A DNA stretch of 57,733 bases, the filler included, from Platydemus manokwari (lineage: Eukaryota): NCBI GenBank assembly GCA_037951405.1. It is 5 parts of 5 records of this genome, joined end to end, with 100 filler letters (N's around TTAATTAATTAA, not from the genome) between each part and the next. Parts side by side here need not be neighbours in the genome. Positions count along the whole stretch, not along the records: positions 25,336 to 38,642 come from JBBMOY011765839.1; positions 38,743 to 48,044 come from JBBMOY011268984.1; positions 48,145 to 57,733 come from JBBMOY011228543.1; 2 more parts are not named here. The stretch is one strand, 5' to 3'. A program made the position numbers and the translations under genes. Of this stretch, positions 36,266 through 48,753 are shown one piece after another (position 1 is the first letter of the stretch; every line of letters starts with the position of its first letter). Under the pieces are notes generated by a model. The model saw only the letters and a program-made list of their open reading frames with translations. It did no database searches and was not told the DNA's origin.

Positions 36266-38642
36266 CCGCAACCCAGAGCATCCAGTATAGGGGTCGGTAG
36301 GCGCATAACTGTCATCGCGAAACCATGATTGAATCTATTCTTCTTGAACCAATCAGTGTTTATCCCGATGACGTTCACCTCTCCAAACCCTCATCAGATG
36401 ATGCCGATGTCGAATTAATCACGCAAACCCTAACTAATGTTGACACCATTCCATCCAAATTATACGGAGGCGCACCAAATATTACCACCCACCTGTTAAT
36501 GCCGGACGACAAATCCGCAACATGCACCGCTGCGACAAAACCTACTGCTATCATTTCACCAACACCAAAAGCGTTCCCAAACAAAATTCAGGAAAATATT
36601 CAGGAATCACAAACATTGGAATTTATATATAATTGATACCCCCAAATCTTCATCAAATTTCATCGATCCCGCCACCTTCTTCCTCAGTGAGTTCAAAAAA
36701 CCTTCTAGAACACATTAGATGAACGCTATAAGATCGATTATCACCATAACCCAGCAACTTATCAGAAACCTCCCAAAGCAACTGAACAACACATTTTGTG
36801 GTCTGTTCGTTATGCAACATATATTGGATTATGCCTAACAATCAACAATATTCCATTCTCCATCCCAACCAGGTCTACGAGACGAAATAAATAAGGCAAT
36901 ACCCAATATTCCAATATATTAAGGATATCCAAAAATGTTAATACAGCGTCTTCTCAAATGATACACCCATACTCCAGGATGCCCTGAAACTCTTTGAATT
37001 AGATAATCCAAACATCACTGACATACTCACAATGGTCCGCACTGCACTCACTACATAAGATCCATCGCCTATCAAACCATTCCTTTTTACCTCACTAGCC
37101 TAGAGTCATCTGAGTTTAAACTCTGCAAAAACTACTCTATCCAACCCGAGAAAACTCTCCGACAGATTCTTCCATCTTGTGCCCCACTATCACCCCCTTC
37201 CATTGAAAATATTATATCCCATTTAAAAATTCCACCACCACCGCCAATCTCTTAAGATGTCAACCCAACTCTCTCGCGACTTGACGATAATTCTAATCTC
37301 GAACCTATTACAATAGAAGAACTACGCCTTACCTTCAAAGGTCTCTCCAACTCCGCTCCCGACAGCGAGGATATCATCTATAAGGACTGGATCATGATAG
37401 ACCCCCAACACATCTACTTACTCACCTTATTCAATAAGATTTTATCATCAATGAAGATTCCCTATCAATGGACCTCATGCAAAACATCTTTACTCATGAA
37501 AGAGGGCAAAAACGCGACGTCCCACATTGTCTCATTCTTGCGTCCCACAGCCCTCATAAACACAGCATATAGACTTTTTGCCACCATTTTAAACAATACG
37601 CTTTTGAAATGGATTATTGGTGGTAAGCCTCTCTCCGATAACCAAAAAGCAATCCTGGCCTCTGATGGTTGCGCTGAGCACAACGCGTACCAATTTTCAT
37701 TTTCGGAATTCTCATTGTACAACAGCTCAGATATCCACATATGCTGGATCGACTTTAGTGAAGATTTCCCCAGTCTGCCTCACGAACTTATTTGGCTAAC
37801 TCTCAGCAAAATGGGTTGTAATTCCCATTACATACAAATGGTTAAATCACTTTATAGGGAATCGACCACAGTTTACACATTTCACCACCTAATTACCCCT
37901 TCTATCCCAATTCACTGCGGAGCAAACAAGACTGCACACTCTCCATGACCCTTTTTTGCCTTTATATAGATTTCTTGCTCACCAGTTTGGGTACAATAGA
38001 AGACCAGTCACTGTTCATTCCAATCTATTCTCAACTCTTGCTAACGCTGACGACATACTTATTATTGCCAACTCCGGTGAAAATCTCAAACATAGACTCA
38101 ACCACATTTACCACCTAGCATCCTCCATTTTCCTCAAACTGAATGCTCAAAAATGCGGTCTTCACAAACAACGCAAAAAATAGGATAATGACCCAATCCC
38201 GATCATTGACGACCAAAACTTTTACGAATACTTAAGAGTTCCTTTTGGCCTACCCAAAAGTGCCTCTGCTTCAAATATACTTTGTGGCATCCTCTCTGAC
38301 TTTGTAAACAATTCCAAGCCTATAATACCTTTCTGCACTCCAGACTTCCATTCCATTTCAGAATTGAACCGGTCGAAACAACGCAACTTGACTCCTGTAC
38401 CCTAATACAAGACGGAGACAATTCAAAATCCCAAGCCTTCGACAAACAAATTCGTTACATTGCCATAGACATACTTAAGATGAATTGCTCTAAATCATCA
38501 AACATTCCCTTCTTTAATTCACCACACAAACTCGGTGGCTTGGGACTCACACCATCCCTACTTGAATATTGCATACAATCCATAGTTTGCTCTTTTCGAT
38601 ATCTGACCAGCCTTGATCCCACATTCCGTGAATTTATTGTAT
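36266..38642 (+). mobile_element. Degenerate early-branching non-LTR retrotransposon (R2/NeSL/Utopia-group RT), truncated by the gap
   Basis: RT motifs KIPYQW, RPTALINTAYRLF, LSDNQKAI..DGCAEH, CWIDFSEDFPSLPHELI, LANADDILII, KLNAQKC, YEYL.VP, SPHKLGGLGL. CxxC relic near 36803. C/A-rich strand bias; frameshifted. Confidence 0.88.
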
Positions 38643-38742
38643 NNNNNNNNNNNNNNNNNNNNNNNNNNNNNNNNNNNNNNNNNNNNTTAATTAATTAANN
38701 NNNNNNNNNNNNNNNNNNNNNNNNNNNNNNNNNNNNNNNNNN
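38643..38742. other. Assembly spacer
   Basis: 44 N + TTAATTAATTAA + 44 N. Confidence 0.98.
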
Positions 38743-39406
38743 TTAAAATGTAGCTAATTAATTACTGTAGACCATAAAAAAATGTAAGATAGTTATAGTC
38801 TATTTTATTTTTAAAAATGCACATTGTTATTCTTAGAAATATGATAAAAATAAATTTAACAGCTCGATGTATGAAAATTAACACATTACAATGAAGTTTA
38901 AGGTAGTGCTTAATCAAAAGGATAAATAGATTTGGATATAAAAGTTCTATTTTACTTGTATTATGTAACATCTACATGCAGATTTTATACATAATTTTTA
39001 ATTAGATTTTGCTTTTTCTTTTATTTTGTTTTTAATAATCATATTTTATTTACCTTAATTTACTATAATACTGTTGAAATAAAATGTTTATACTGTGCAT
39101 TTGTAATTTCCAAAGACAAAGTATTTAAAAAATCTTTAATATACGAAGATAAAACAAAATGAAAAGTTTTACGCTATTAGTTGACATAAATGATGATATT
39201 TTTGAATAGTTTTTATGTTGTATTTAACATTTTTGTAAAGTACGAAATATTGATATAAAACTTAATTTATTAAATGCAATAAGCCATTTAAGATATGCAA
39301 GATTTTTATAATTGATATTTTAAAACTTAATTGGTCTAAATTACAAAATAAATAATAAAACACCAGAAAATTTTCAAAATTTTAAGTTTATTTAACCGTT
39401 GTTTAA

Positions 39407-39903
<497 letters not shown>

Positions 39904-42900
39904 ATAATTTCTCGATTAATTTTTGTTCATCTTGCTTTCTAACAAACTTATTATCGTGTAGTGTAGTTACGTCATTTATAAGTTTAATTTAGAAAAATAA
40001 CTTTAAAGAATATAATTTACTGTTATTTATTTTATGTAATTACGAATATTGGACATGCTGTGTTCAAGACTATGTGAATGATACTAAAATGTGCTATTTA
40101 GATTTATTTTTTCTTTATAAATAAATTTATTATTTATGAATTTCACATCATTTTGTGTTGTTATCGAGTATTTTTTGAAATATCTATTTTTACTTGATTT
40201 TTGCTGCTGGAGAATAGCATGTTTCACATTCAGATTTTTATTAATCTGCCATGTATGTGCTAAATAGCATGTTGATGGTGTCAATGATCGTGATTTGGAA
40301 GGTTGATTGGTCATTTGTTGGGTGCGTTGTTATTTGATATTTTTTCAACTTGTAACTGTACATATATTTTTACATTAATATAACTTCATGCAAATTTTAT
40401 TTATTAAATTGTCCTGTAAAACATATAATAAATTAATTAGGAAATTTAGCGTATCAATTGAAAAAGTGAATTAAATATTTGCATTATCTTTAAATTATTA
40501 TTTTGGTTTATATAAACAATGATGAACTTACTTGAATTATACTTTCAGAATTATTGATATTTTGAAATATAACTTCTTCAATTTTAGGAAGAAATTGTGA
40601 CGTTAAGTGATCTTGGTTATAAATATATTTTATTAACAGATTATTTATCTTCACAATATATTTCTTTTAATTCATATTTTTAATACATGTAACTTTTCTT
40701 TATGAAAAATAATTTAAAAAGATTATTTAATATCAATTAGTAATGTAGGTTGAAATTTTCTAAATTTGGAACAGTTAGATCCTGAATCCGAATATATTGT
40801 CATGACAAATTGATGGTCACGTGTGACATACATTGAGCAACGTACGATATTGGTATAAGTTATTAACGATATTATTGAACTCAAATTGCGTAATCATTTC
40901 AATATTCAATTACTTTCAATCAGATGAAAATATTGAGGAAAATATTCAATAAATTTGTATTGCTAAATGAAACTAATTTGGAAAAGATAAAAGAATGTGA
41001 ATTTCAATGGAATTCTTTGAAAATAATTAGGCGTCATTTAATTTGCAAAGAATTTATGATAGAAGGGTTTACCAGTTTGCTCAAAAACTATCAGTTGGAT
41101 AAATCTTATTCAGCTTTATCGAACTGAAACCATTGTCCAGATATATTTAGTTCAAAAGTCATTACAATAATAATAATGATAATATCAATTAAATTACTCG
41201 AATTTCGCTTTGATAAACTAAACAGCCATTTCTCCGGATTAGCTTCTTAACAAAACAATAAACCCAAACCAATTCATAACATATAAAACATTCACTCTAA
41301 TTTGCCTGAAAAAATTGTATTGATTAATTTTCATTGTTATATAACATAATAGTGGTCTTCAGAAAGCCATTATTCATTGAATCAAATATCGAAACAATAG
41401 GTAAACAAACTGGGTTGGTGAAATTAAACATTTTATTAGTAGATTGTTTATTTTAACGACTAATAATAATATCAGCGAAAAGAAATGTTTATAATCTATA
41501 TATATATGTGGAAATGGAAATTATCGTTAGTAATATTTCGACTTCATTTCTAATAAACTAGATTACATAAATTTACAAGATACTTTATCCCGAGCTTTAT
41601 TATAAATCATTAAGAACAAATTATTAATCTGATTATAAGCAGTATAAATGTGTTTTTTCAAATAATATGAAAAACTGGAATCCTGTGACTTTCTTTTATC
41701 AACTAATTATTATAAATATCATTGATTTAGAATCTTCATAAACAACGCCTAAATGAATCATGTATAAAGCTCTACTTTTCAGATGATATCGAAAGCATTC
41801 ATTGGAATTCATTAGAATATAATGCTATTAAACAATAATAATCAGCAAATAATATATGACGTTGAGAATGCTTCATTGAATTGCAAATAATAAAATCCAA
41901 TTGATAATATTGATTATTTAATTAACTTATTTCATTGCGATTTAAAATGGATTTATAAGTATATATTTGTCAGATTACTTGAACTATGAATTGCCAGTCT
42001 AAATGAAAATAATTTGTTTATAAATCGATCGATATGTCACAGAAAATGCTCAATTTATAAAATATGATTTTATAAATGTAATGACAGTTGGTGCATATTG
42101 TAAATAAATGAACACTGGTTTCAAATGAACAATTATCTCAATGTTGTTCATACTATATAATGACAAAATAACTTAAGTCATAAAAATGTTTAAAATCGTA
42201 ATATAATCGATTGTATTTGTCATTTTAATTAAATGTGTTGCAAATTTTATTTTTATGCTCGTCATTATCTATAAAACTGTTCCTACTCACTAGTTGGTGT
42301 TCGTGTTTGCTTCTTAGCAGTGTTTTTTAATATTCGACTCATTTAGATTTGTTAGTATATCGAATTTGCATATCGATTAGTAATTATAATTAGTTGTGTG
42401 TATTAGCTGGCCATGTAAACTCTATTCAAGGGCTTGGTAATTTTTCAATGGAATTCTTTAATATTCTATAAGAATTTCAAAATTATAACAATCAATATTA
42501 TTTTTATTGACATACTGCATGAAATTTTTACTGAAAAATTTTGATTTTTGTTAATCCATTAATAATATTATTTTGATTTATTTATTGAAAAAAAATTATT
42601 TACTTTGACAATCATACAATGACTTTTCTATTCTTTGTAATGGTTTATGGATGAAAAATTATTCTATTTTTAATCTATCAACCACAACGTAATTCATTTA
42701 GTTTATCAATTATCTTCTATTTCTCTAGCATGGAAAGGAAAATAAAGGCCTAGAGGTAGAAAAAATGAAATTCGATTCTTATTTGCTTCGCTTTTATTAG
42801 ATTGAAATTATTATTTAAACAATGTAAACAACATAAATAAAAAAACATTTTATATATTGATTATTTAATTTATAATTATAATATTATTATTAATAATAAT

Positions 42901-43347
42901 CAATAAGATGTGGAAAATTATAAATTATAATAATATTGAAAACATGATTAAGTAAAAATAAATGATTTTATGGACTTTGAAATTTCAAAAACCCGATGAA
43001 GTAGAAATGGCTTTATAAATCAGACTTAAAAATTATTTAAAATTATAGATTGGCTTCAATACGATTCATCATTTGAAGGAATTTCAATGGTTAAATTGTT
43101 AATCTAGGAGTAAATTCAATCTAAATATGAGCAATTTTGAAAAAATCTCTGTCTGTATTTAGCAAAAATATTTTCTTCCCTCTTAGTTTGAATCCATTCA
43201 ATCTAGACTGTTCACAACTCGGCATACTGTTTCCCATACCTGCTCTATCATCCAATATCTGCTTTTCTTATTGATTTGTCAACTTATTAATGAAATAAAT
43301 CAAGATTTTTTCCAACAGAAATTCTTAAGAAAATTTTCTTACGTATT

Positions 43348-44073
43348 ATGGGAGACAATGAAATTATTTTCAACGCTCCTGAATTATTGACAAACCCATT
43401 GTTCTTATTTGTGCCCAAAAGACTACCACCAAACAGTCTGCAATCCCCTTCTTTGGGATCTATTGTGAATTCGGATTTTAATCAAAAATCTAGTCATACA
43501 ATGTCTCCGAAAGACGATTGGTCGGCGGTTGTGCAACCATCTATTTCTAACAAGCGTTTGACGGGCTGTCGTACAGGGTCTTATAATTCGTTTGAAAGTT
43601 TTAATGCCAGATTAAATGATTTGAACACCGAATATCCTACTATGAGACAACTTCATTCTGACGTCGTGTCGATGTGGAGTCTTGATGAATCAGTGAGTAG
43701 ACATATCTCATCCGAATGGGTGACGACAAAAAATCTAATGCATGAAAGTGTAATTTATCCGCCAAGCTATCAGAAAGATAACAAAATACAATATCACAAT
43801 TCTCAAAGAAAATTTTCATGCCCAGCATTGTTTCAGCTCCAAGATTTATCGATAAATCCAAAAATATTCTATCAAAATCCAATGGATAAATTCCAAGCGA
43901 AAGACATGGATTCCACGAAACCGATTCCTTCAAATAGCTATTTAGAATGCTTAGAAACCGGTCCAAAAACCAGCGCAATATCTCCGTTGATACAAGCACA
44001 TTCGAAAAATTATCGCTATAAATGTGAGTCTTGGCTCAAAGAAATAAAAATCAATAATTTTCAAGAAAATTGA
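43348..44073 (+). CDS. Hypothetical S/P/N-rich protein, 241 aa, single ORF
   Basis: 726-nt ATG-started ORF with GC above flanks; composition suggests disorder; no family recognised. Confidence 0.65.
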   Translation: MGDNEIIFNAPELLTNPLFLFVPKRLPPNSLQSPSLGSIVNSDFNQKSSHTMSPKDDWSAVVQPSISNKRLTGCRTGSYNSFESFNARLNDLNTEYPTMRQLHSDVVSMWSLDESVSRHISSEWVTTKNLMHESVIYPPSYQKDNKIQYHNSQRKFSCPALFQLQDLSINPKIFYQNPMDKFQAKDMDSTKPIPSNSYLECLETGPKTSAISPLIQAHSKNYRYKCESWLKEIKINNFQEN

Positions 44074-45056
44074 TTTTCTCTTCTTTCAGGTGTGATTACT
44101 CAACATTTGATCTATTGTAGTTGTTGTTTGTGATCGAAAATGTTTTATTAAGATTCTATTTTGATTTTGAAACTCTTGTTTCTAATCACGTTATTTGTTA
44201 ATTAATTTATTTCAATGAAAAATTTTAGAAAATCAATTAATTTTTTGATTTTAGATTATTAAAATTCAATTTATTACATTTACTTATTCAATGTATTTAT
44301 TTTTTCACTAAATTCCAATTCAAGTCAACTATTAAATGCAATTTTAAACAAATCTCATTTAATTAGTTGATTCAATTGTAAGCTTAAACATGTCTTTTCC
44401 AAAATCAAAATTTTAAATCGTATTTAATACTTTCAGTAATAAGTAATTAATTTATCAATACTTTTATCTGTGACATTAGAAATTGATTTTGAGAAATTTA
44501 CATATCTCTGCGACGATGTTAGAAATTATTAAATTTCTACAATATATTTTAATTTTTCAAAGTTTTAATTGATTACCAATATCGGAATTCAATATGGAAA
44601 ATGTTAAATACTAGAATAGTAATTAACGAGTTATACTTTGCCTTATGCTTCGATATTGTTAGCTGTACTTTGTATAGTTTTCTTTTTCTTGTAGTCTTCA
44701 TTATTATTTACCTGTTAGTAAAAGTGCTTTTTTACAGAAGGGGACTTTGTTTTCTTGATGCTACATTATTGACTTTGTTGTATATCGTGATAACTGTCCA
44801 AACATAGCCCAGTTGAAGACATAGAAAAATTTTGTTCCTGTTTGATTTCAATATTTTCAGTATTAGGCATTTTCTTTGTATTGTAAATATTAAAATCTTG
44901 CTACATCCGACACTCCCTTATCTAGTAATTTGCAGTCCTACAAATAATAATTCTCATTTTAATTATGTAAGCCGCTCCTATATTATAAGGTAAGCATTGA
45001 AAACGAACTGAAAAATCACGACACCAAATTCTCTATTTAAGAACAATAGTTTAAAC

Positions 45057-47483
45057 CGGTGGTACTCAAGGTTGGGCGTTTGCCCCGCAAGGGGGTAAAT
45101 TTATTTTTTATGGGGGCAAAGGGTTATTTTTTGTTTGAAGGGGGCTATTTCAGTATTAGTTATTAACATTGAATAATATTCCAAATTTACATGTGATATA
45201 TTTTAATCATAATGCAAAAGTCTGTTTCTACCCAATCTATGGGTTTATAGTCTATGATCCAATTGTAATGATGTGTTGTGTTCGAATACGTCAAATTATA
45301 TTTTGCGCCGATCTGTTGATTGTTTAAAAGTTGTGGTATTCACTAGTTACTAGTGTAAATTAAAGCCTGATTTGACATTCTAAGTATCTATAATACTTGT
45401 TTCACACCACTAAAACAACTGTCTATTTTATTCAATTTCCATGAGTATTTTTATGTTTATTTCATTTAGAAATGAACCCAATGTCTAACAGTGATATAAT
45501 TACTGCGACGAAGAAAAAAGTTTGTCAATATTCAGATGAATATCAGCCAACCATGATAAACGTTTGCCTTTCTGCCTTTTATGTCAGCAAATGGTTGTCT
45601 GATGAATCAATGGAAAAAGGTCGTCTTCAGGTGCATTGAATGGCGAAACATAGTCCATATGTAGATTCAGATTTACATTATTTCAAGTCTTAAAATGATA
45701 AGTTTGAAAAGCGATCAACAACAAAGTCTCTGTTTACTGCACAAACTGTTTCGATCAGTCGTACTCTTGAGGCTAGCTATGAAATTTCCTTTATCATTGC
45801 TAAATCTTGGAAAAATCATACCATAGGGGAGAAATTACTTAAACCGGCAATATCTACATATATTTAAACAGTTCTAGAAAAAGATGACCGAGATGTGAAA
45901 GCCATGTCACTTAGTAATGATACTGTCAGAAGAAGAATAGATTAAATGAGCGATGACATTGAAACACAACTTGTTGAAAAGCTGAAATCAAGAAATTTCT
46001 CACTACAGCTGGATAAATCAACTGTAAGGGATAGTGAGGACAATATTGCTAACCTATGTAAGTTATATTGATAAAAATGAATTTGCTGAAAAACTGTTAT
46101 TCTGCAAATCTTTAGAGACCACCGCTACTACCTCTGATATATACAAAAAGCTCAAAGACTATTTGGATACCAATAACATACCAATGGAAAACATAACATC
46201 TTGTGCTGCAGATGATGCTCCAGTTATGATGGGGAAGAAATCGGGCTACTTAAAATTAATGAAAGATGCTAATCCTGACATGGTTCTTGTGCACTGTGTT
46301 ATTCATAGAGAGAACTTAGTGGCCAAAAATGTTTCTCTTGTGCTTAATGACATTATGGAGTCAGCAATAAAATGTATCAATGGCATCGAAGCCAATGACA
46401 AATGTGAGCGTGTCTTCAAGCAGTTTTGTAAAGATTATAATGCAGATCATGTGAGACGTTTACTTCACGCTGAGTTGTCGAAGGGGAAATGCTTAAAAAC
46501 ATTCATGGAACTATTTGATGTTCTTGGTGAATTTTTAAGAAATAAGAATGAAATGAAAAATCTACTAACTACGGTTGATAAAGCATGTGTCAGTTACTAG
46601 GCAGATATTTTCGGAAAACTGAATGTATTGAAACAGCTTCAGGGTACAAACAAAATTCTTGTTGATGCAAAGACCAAGATATTTGACTTCATTACATTAT
46701 TAGGCTTAAGTCAAAAACATATTTCTGAAAGAAACTTTGAACTGTTTTATTGGCTAAAAAAATATGAGGTAACTGATGCTGCTGTGCTTGTCATCATGGA
46801 TCATCTAAAAATATTGGCATCTGATTTCAATGAAAGATTTTCTTATTTTAATCAAATTGATTTCCCATCATGGGTGATGCAACCAATGCTAGTAAATGCA
46901 ACTAATGTTTCAATGCAGTATCACGAAGAATTTTCAGATATGCAGAATGATGATTCATGAAAAACTTTGTTCAGTATGAAAGGATCAATGGCATGGTTGT
47001 GTTATGAGACAGAAATTAAATATCCACATTTAACCAAATTTTCAAGGAAATTGTTGCTGCCATTTCCATCTTCATATTTAGCTGAATGTGGCTTTAGTGC
47101 TGGTACTGATTTCGTACTGAAGAAAAGAAATAGACTAGATACCACTGAAAGGGGAGACTTAAGACTAAAATTGTATAAACTGGTACTTAACATACGATCT
47201 CTGTATAGTAAACATCAAGGACAAGGATCTCACAACCTGTGTACAATTTAGTGAAGGATAATTAAAATTATGATGGTTTATTCAAATGCTTTTATTAAAT
47301 CTGTTCTCTATTTATGCAATTTAGTTTTGATTTGCATATCTTGATTCTGTCGTTCCTATTTTCATAAAATACATTACTATTACTATGATTATAGAATTTT
47401 TCCCATTTGTTCTTTAAATGGGGGACATCTGGATTTTAAAGAGACTTTGATGGAGCTTGGTCTCATAAAGGTGAGAACCACTG
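45057..47483 (+). mobile_element. Full-length but inactivated hAT transposon, Buster/Charlie (ZBED8-like) group, 2427 bp
   Basis: Perfect TSD GTTTAAAC (45049-45056, 47484-47491; central TA); TIRs CGGTGGTACTCA / TGAGAACCACTG. Transposase ~45470-47251 with BED CxxC relic, LSNDTVRRRI, FSLQLD, CAADDAPVMMG, HCVIHRENL and LLPFPSSYLAECGFS; several stops and frameshifts. Confidence 0.95.
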
Positions 47484-47689
47484 GTTTAAACAAATAAATA
47501 TCTTTTGATATTGATATATAAATCATTTCTATATTAAAGTTTATAAATCTCCATTCTTTATAAGCATTTATGACCTTTTATGACCATCCTAAGAATAATT
47601 TTTAAAAATTAGGACATTAATTCTATCATATAAGCTCAAAGTGTTTTTATACTGTTTATGGCGTATTGTGTATTTGTGTTAAGATATGT

Positions 47690-47880
47690 TGTGGGTGATT
47701 GCCTCGATTTTACCATTGCTATTGAATCCATCACAATAGACTTCGTAAACTTTTTATTAAGGAACAATATCAAATTTATCAACACTTGTATAGCTTATTC
47801 GATCAGCTCTTCTTAGTTGGCGTAGTTTTCTTTCGGGAATTGCTCTTCGACAAATTTTTGAATTTGCTCCTTCTTTCATT
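47690..47880 (-). mobile_element. Short Gypsy pol relic
   Basis: Minus strand MKEGANSKICRRAIP...NGK resembles the pre-RT segment of Gypsy pol; broken frames. Confidence 0.3.
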
Positions 47881-47936
47881 TGATTCGAATGTCGCGATCT
47901 TTTATATATATAAAAGATTGCGACATTCGAATCAAA
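47879..47936. repeat. 58-bp near-perfect palindrome
   Basis: TTTGATTCGAATGTCGCGATCTTTTATAT|ATATAAAAGATTGCGACATTCGAATCAAA: 28 of 29 pairs Watson-Crick, one G-T. Confidence 0.95.
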
Positions 47937-48044
47937 ATATTTTCCATTTGCAGATATGACATTGGCTCATCTTTTAGGCAACGATTGAATTCCACGAAAA
48001 AAAAATTCTTGATCTTTTGAAGAAATCCATCTATCAATCCATTT

Positions 48045-48144
48045 NNNNNNNNNNNNNNNNNNNNNNNNNNNNNNNNNNNNNNNNNNNNTTAATTAATTAA
48101 NNNNNNNNNNNNNNNNNNNNNNNNNNNNNNNNNNNNNNNNNNNN
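48045..48144. other. Assembly spacer
   Basis: 44 N + TTAATTAATTAA + 44 N. Confidence 0.98.
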
Positions 48145-48753
48145 ATAATTTAATTATTAAATTTCTTATATAACACAATATGCAAATTAGTGTCCCGACT
48201 TATGAGTAAAGCTTTAATTCTTTAATTTTAATTTAATTAAAATGATGCAATTTTATTTAATGCTTATGATTAATTTTAATGGATTGAACCTGGTCAAAAT
48301 AAAACTTAAAAGTTATTAGCGTAAACTGACTAAGTTCTAAGAGCGGTTGCTTGAACTTATAAGCTCGACCATCAGTGAGCTATCCAACATTGAAGGAGAC
48401 TTAATTTTGAATCTTAGAACCCTATCAAAAAGTAATCAAACAATGATATCTGGTTATTGTCTCATAAAAGTATAGCAATTTTATGTATATTAAACTAATT
48501 TGGCAAGTTATTTCGTAGATCAAATTCGGCAGATTGATATAACTGATTCCCCAGTGAATATCATATGATAATTTAATACATATCACCGAGGAAAATTAAC
48601 AAACTTGAATATAAAGTAAAGCTTTTATACAATAATCATAAACAAAATATTAATTATTTTAGAAAAATACCAATTCAAAATAACACTGAAGCATAATATT
48701 GGAATATTAATGTTAATTAGTTGCAAAAATATTGAAAATAATATGAATATCAA

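Noticed and set aside
40569-41127. Possible small spliced gene downstream of GABARAP
   Set aside because: Best frame has in-frame TGA/TAA and no recognisable domain; cannot be supported without transcripts.
48310-48425. snRNA/SL-RNA candidate (GC-richer patch with an AATTTTGA Sm-like site)
   Set aside because: No recognisable U1/U2/U4/U5 or spliced-leader motifs; Sm-like words are common in AT-rich DNA.
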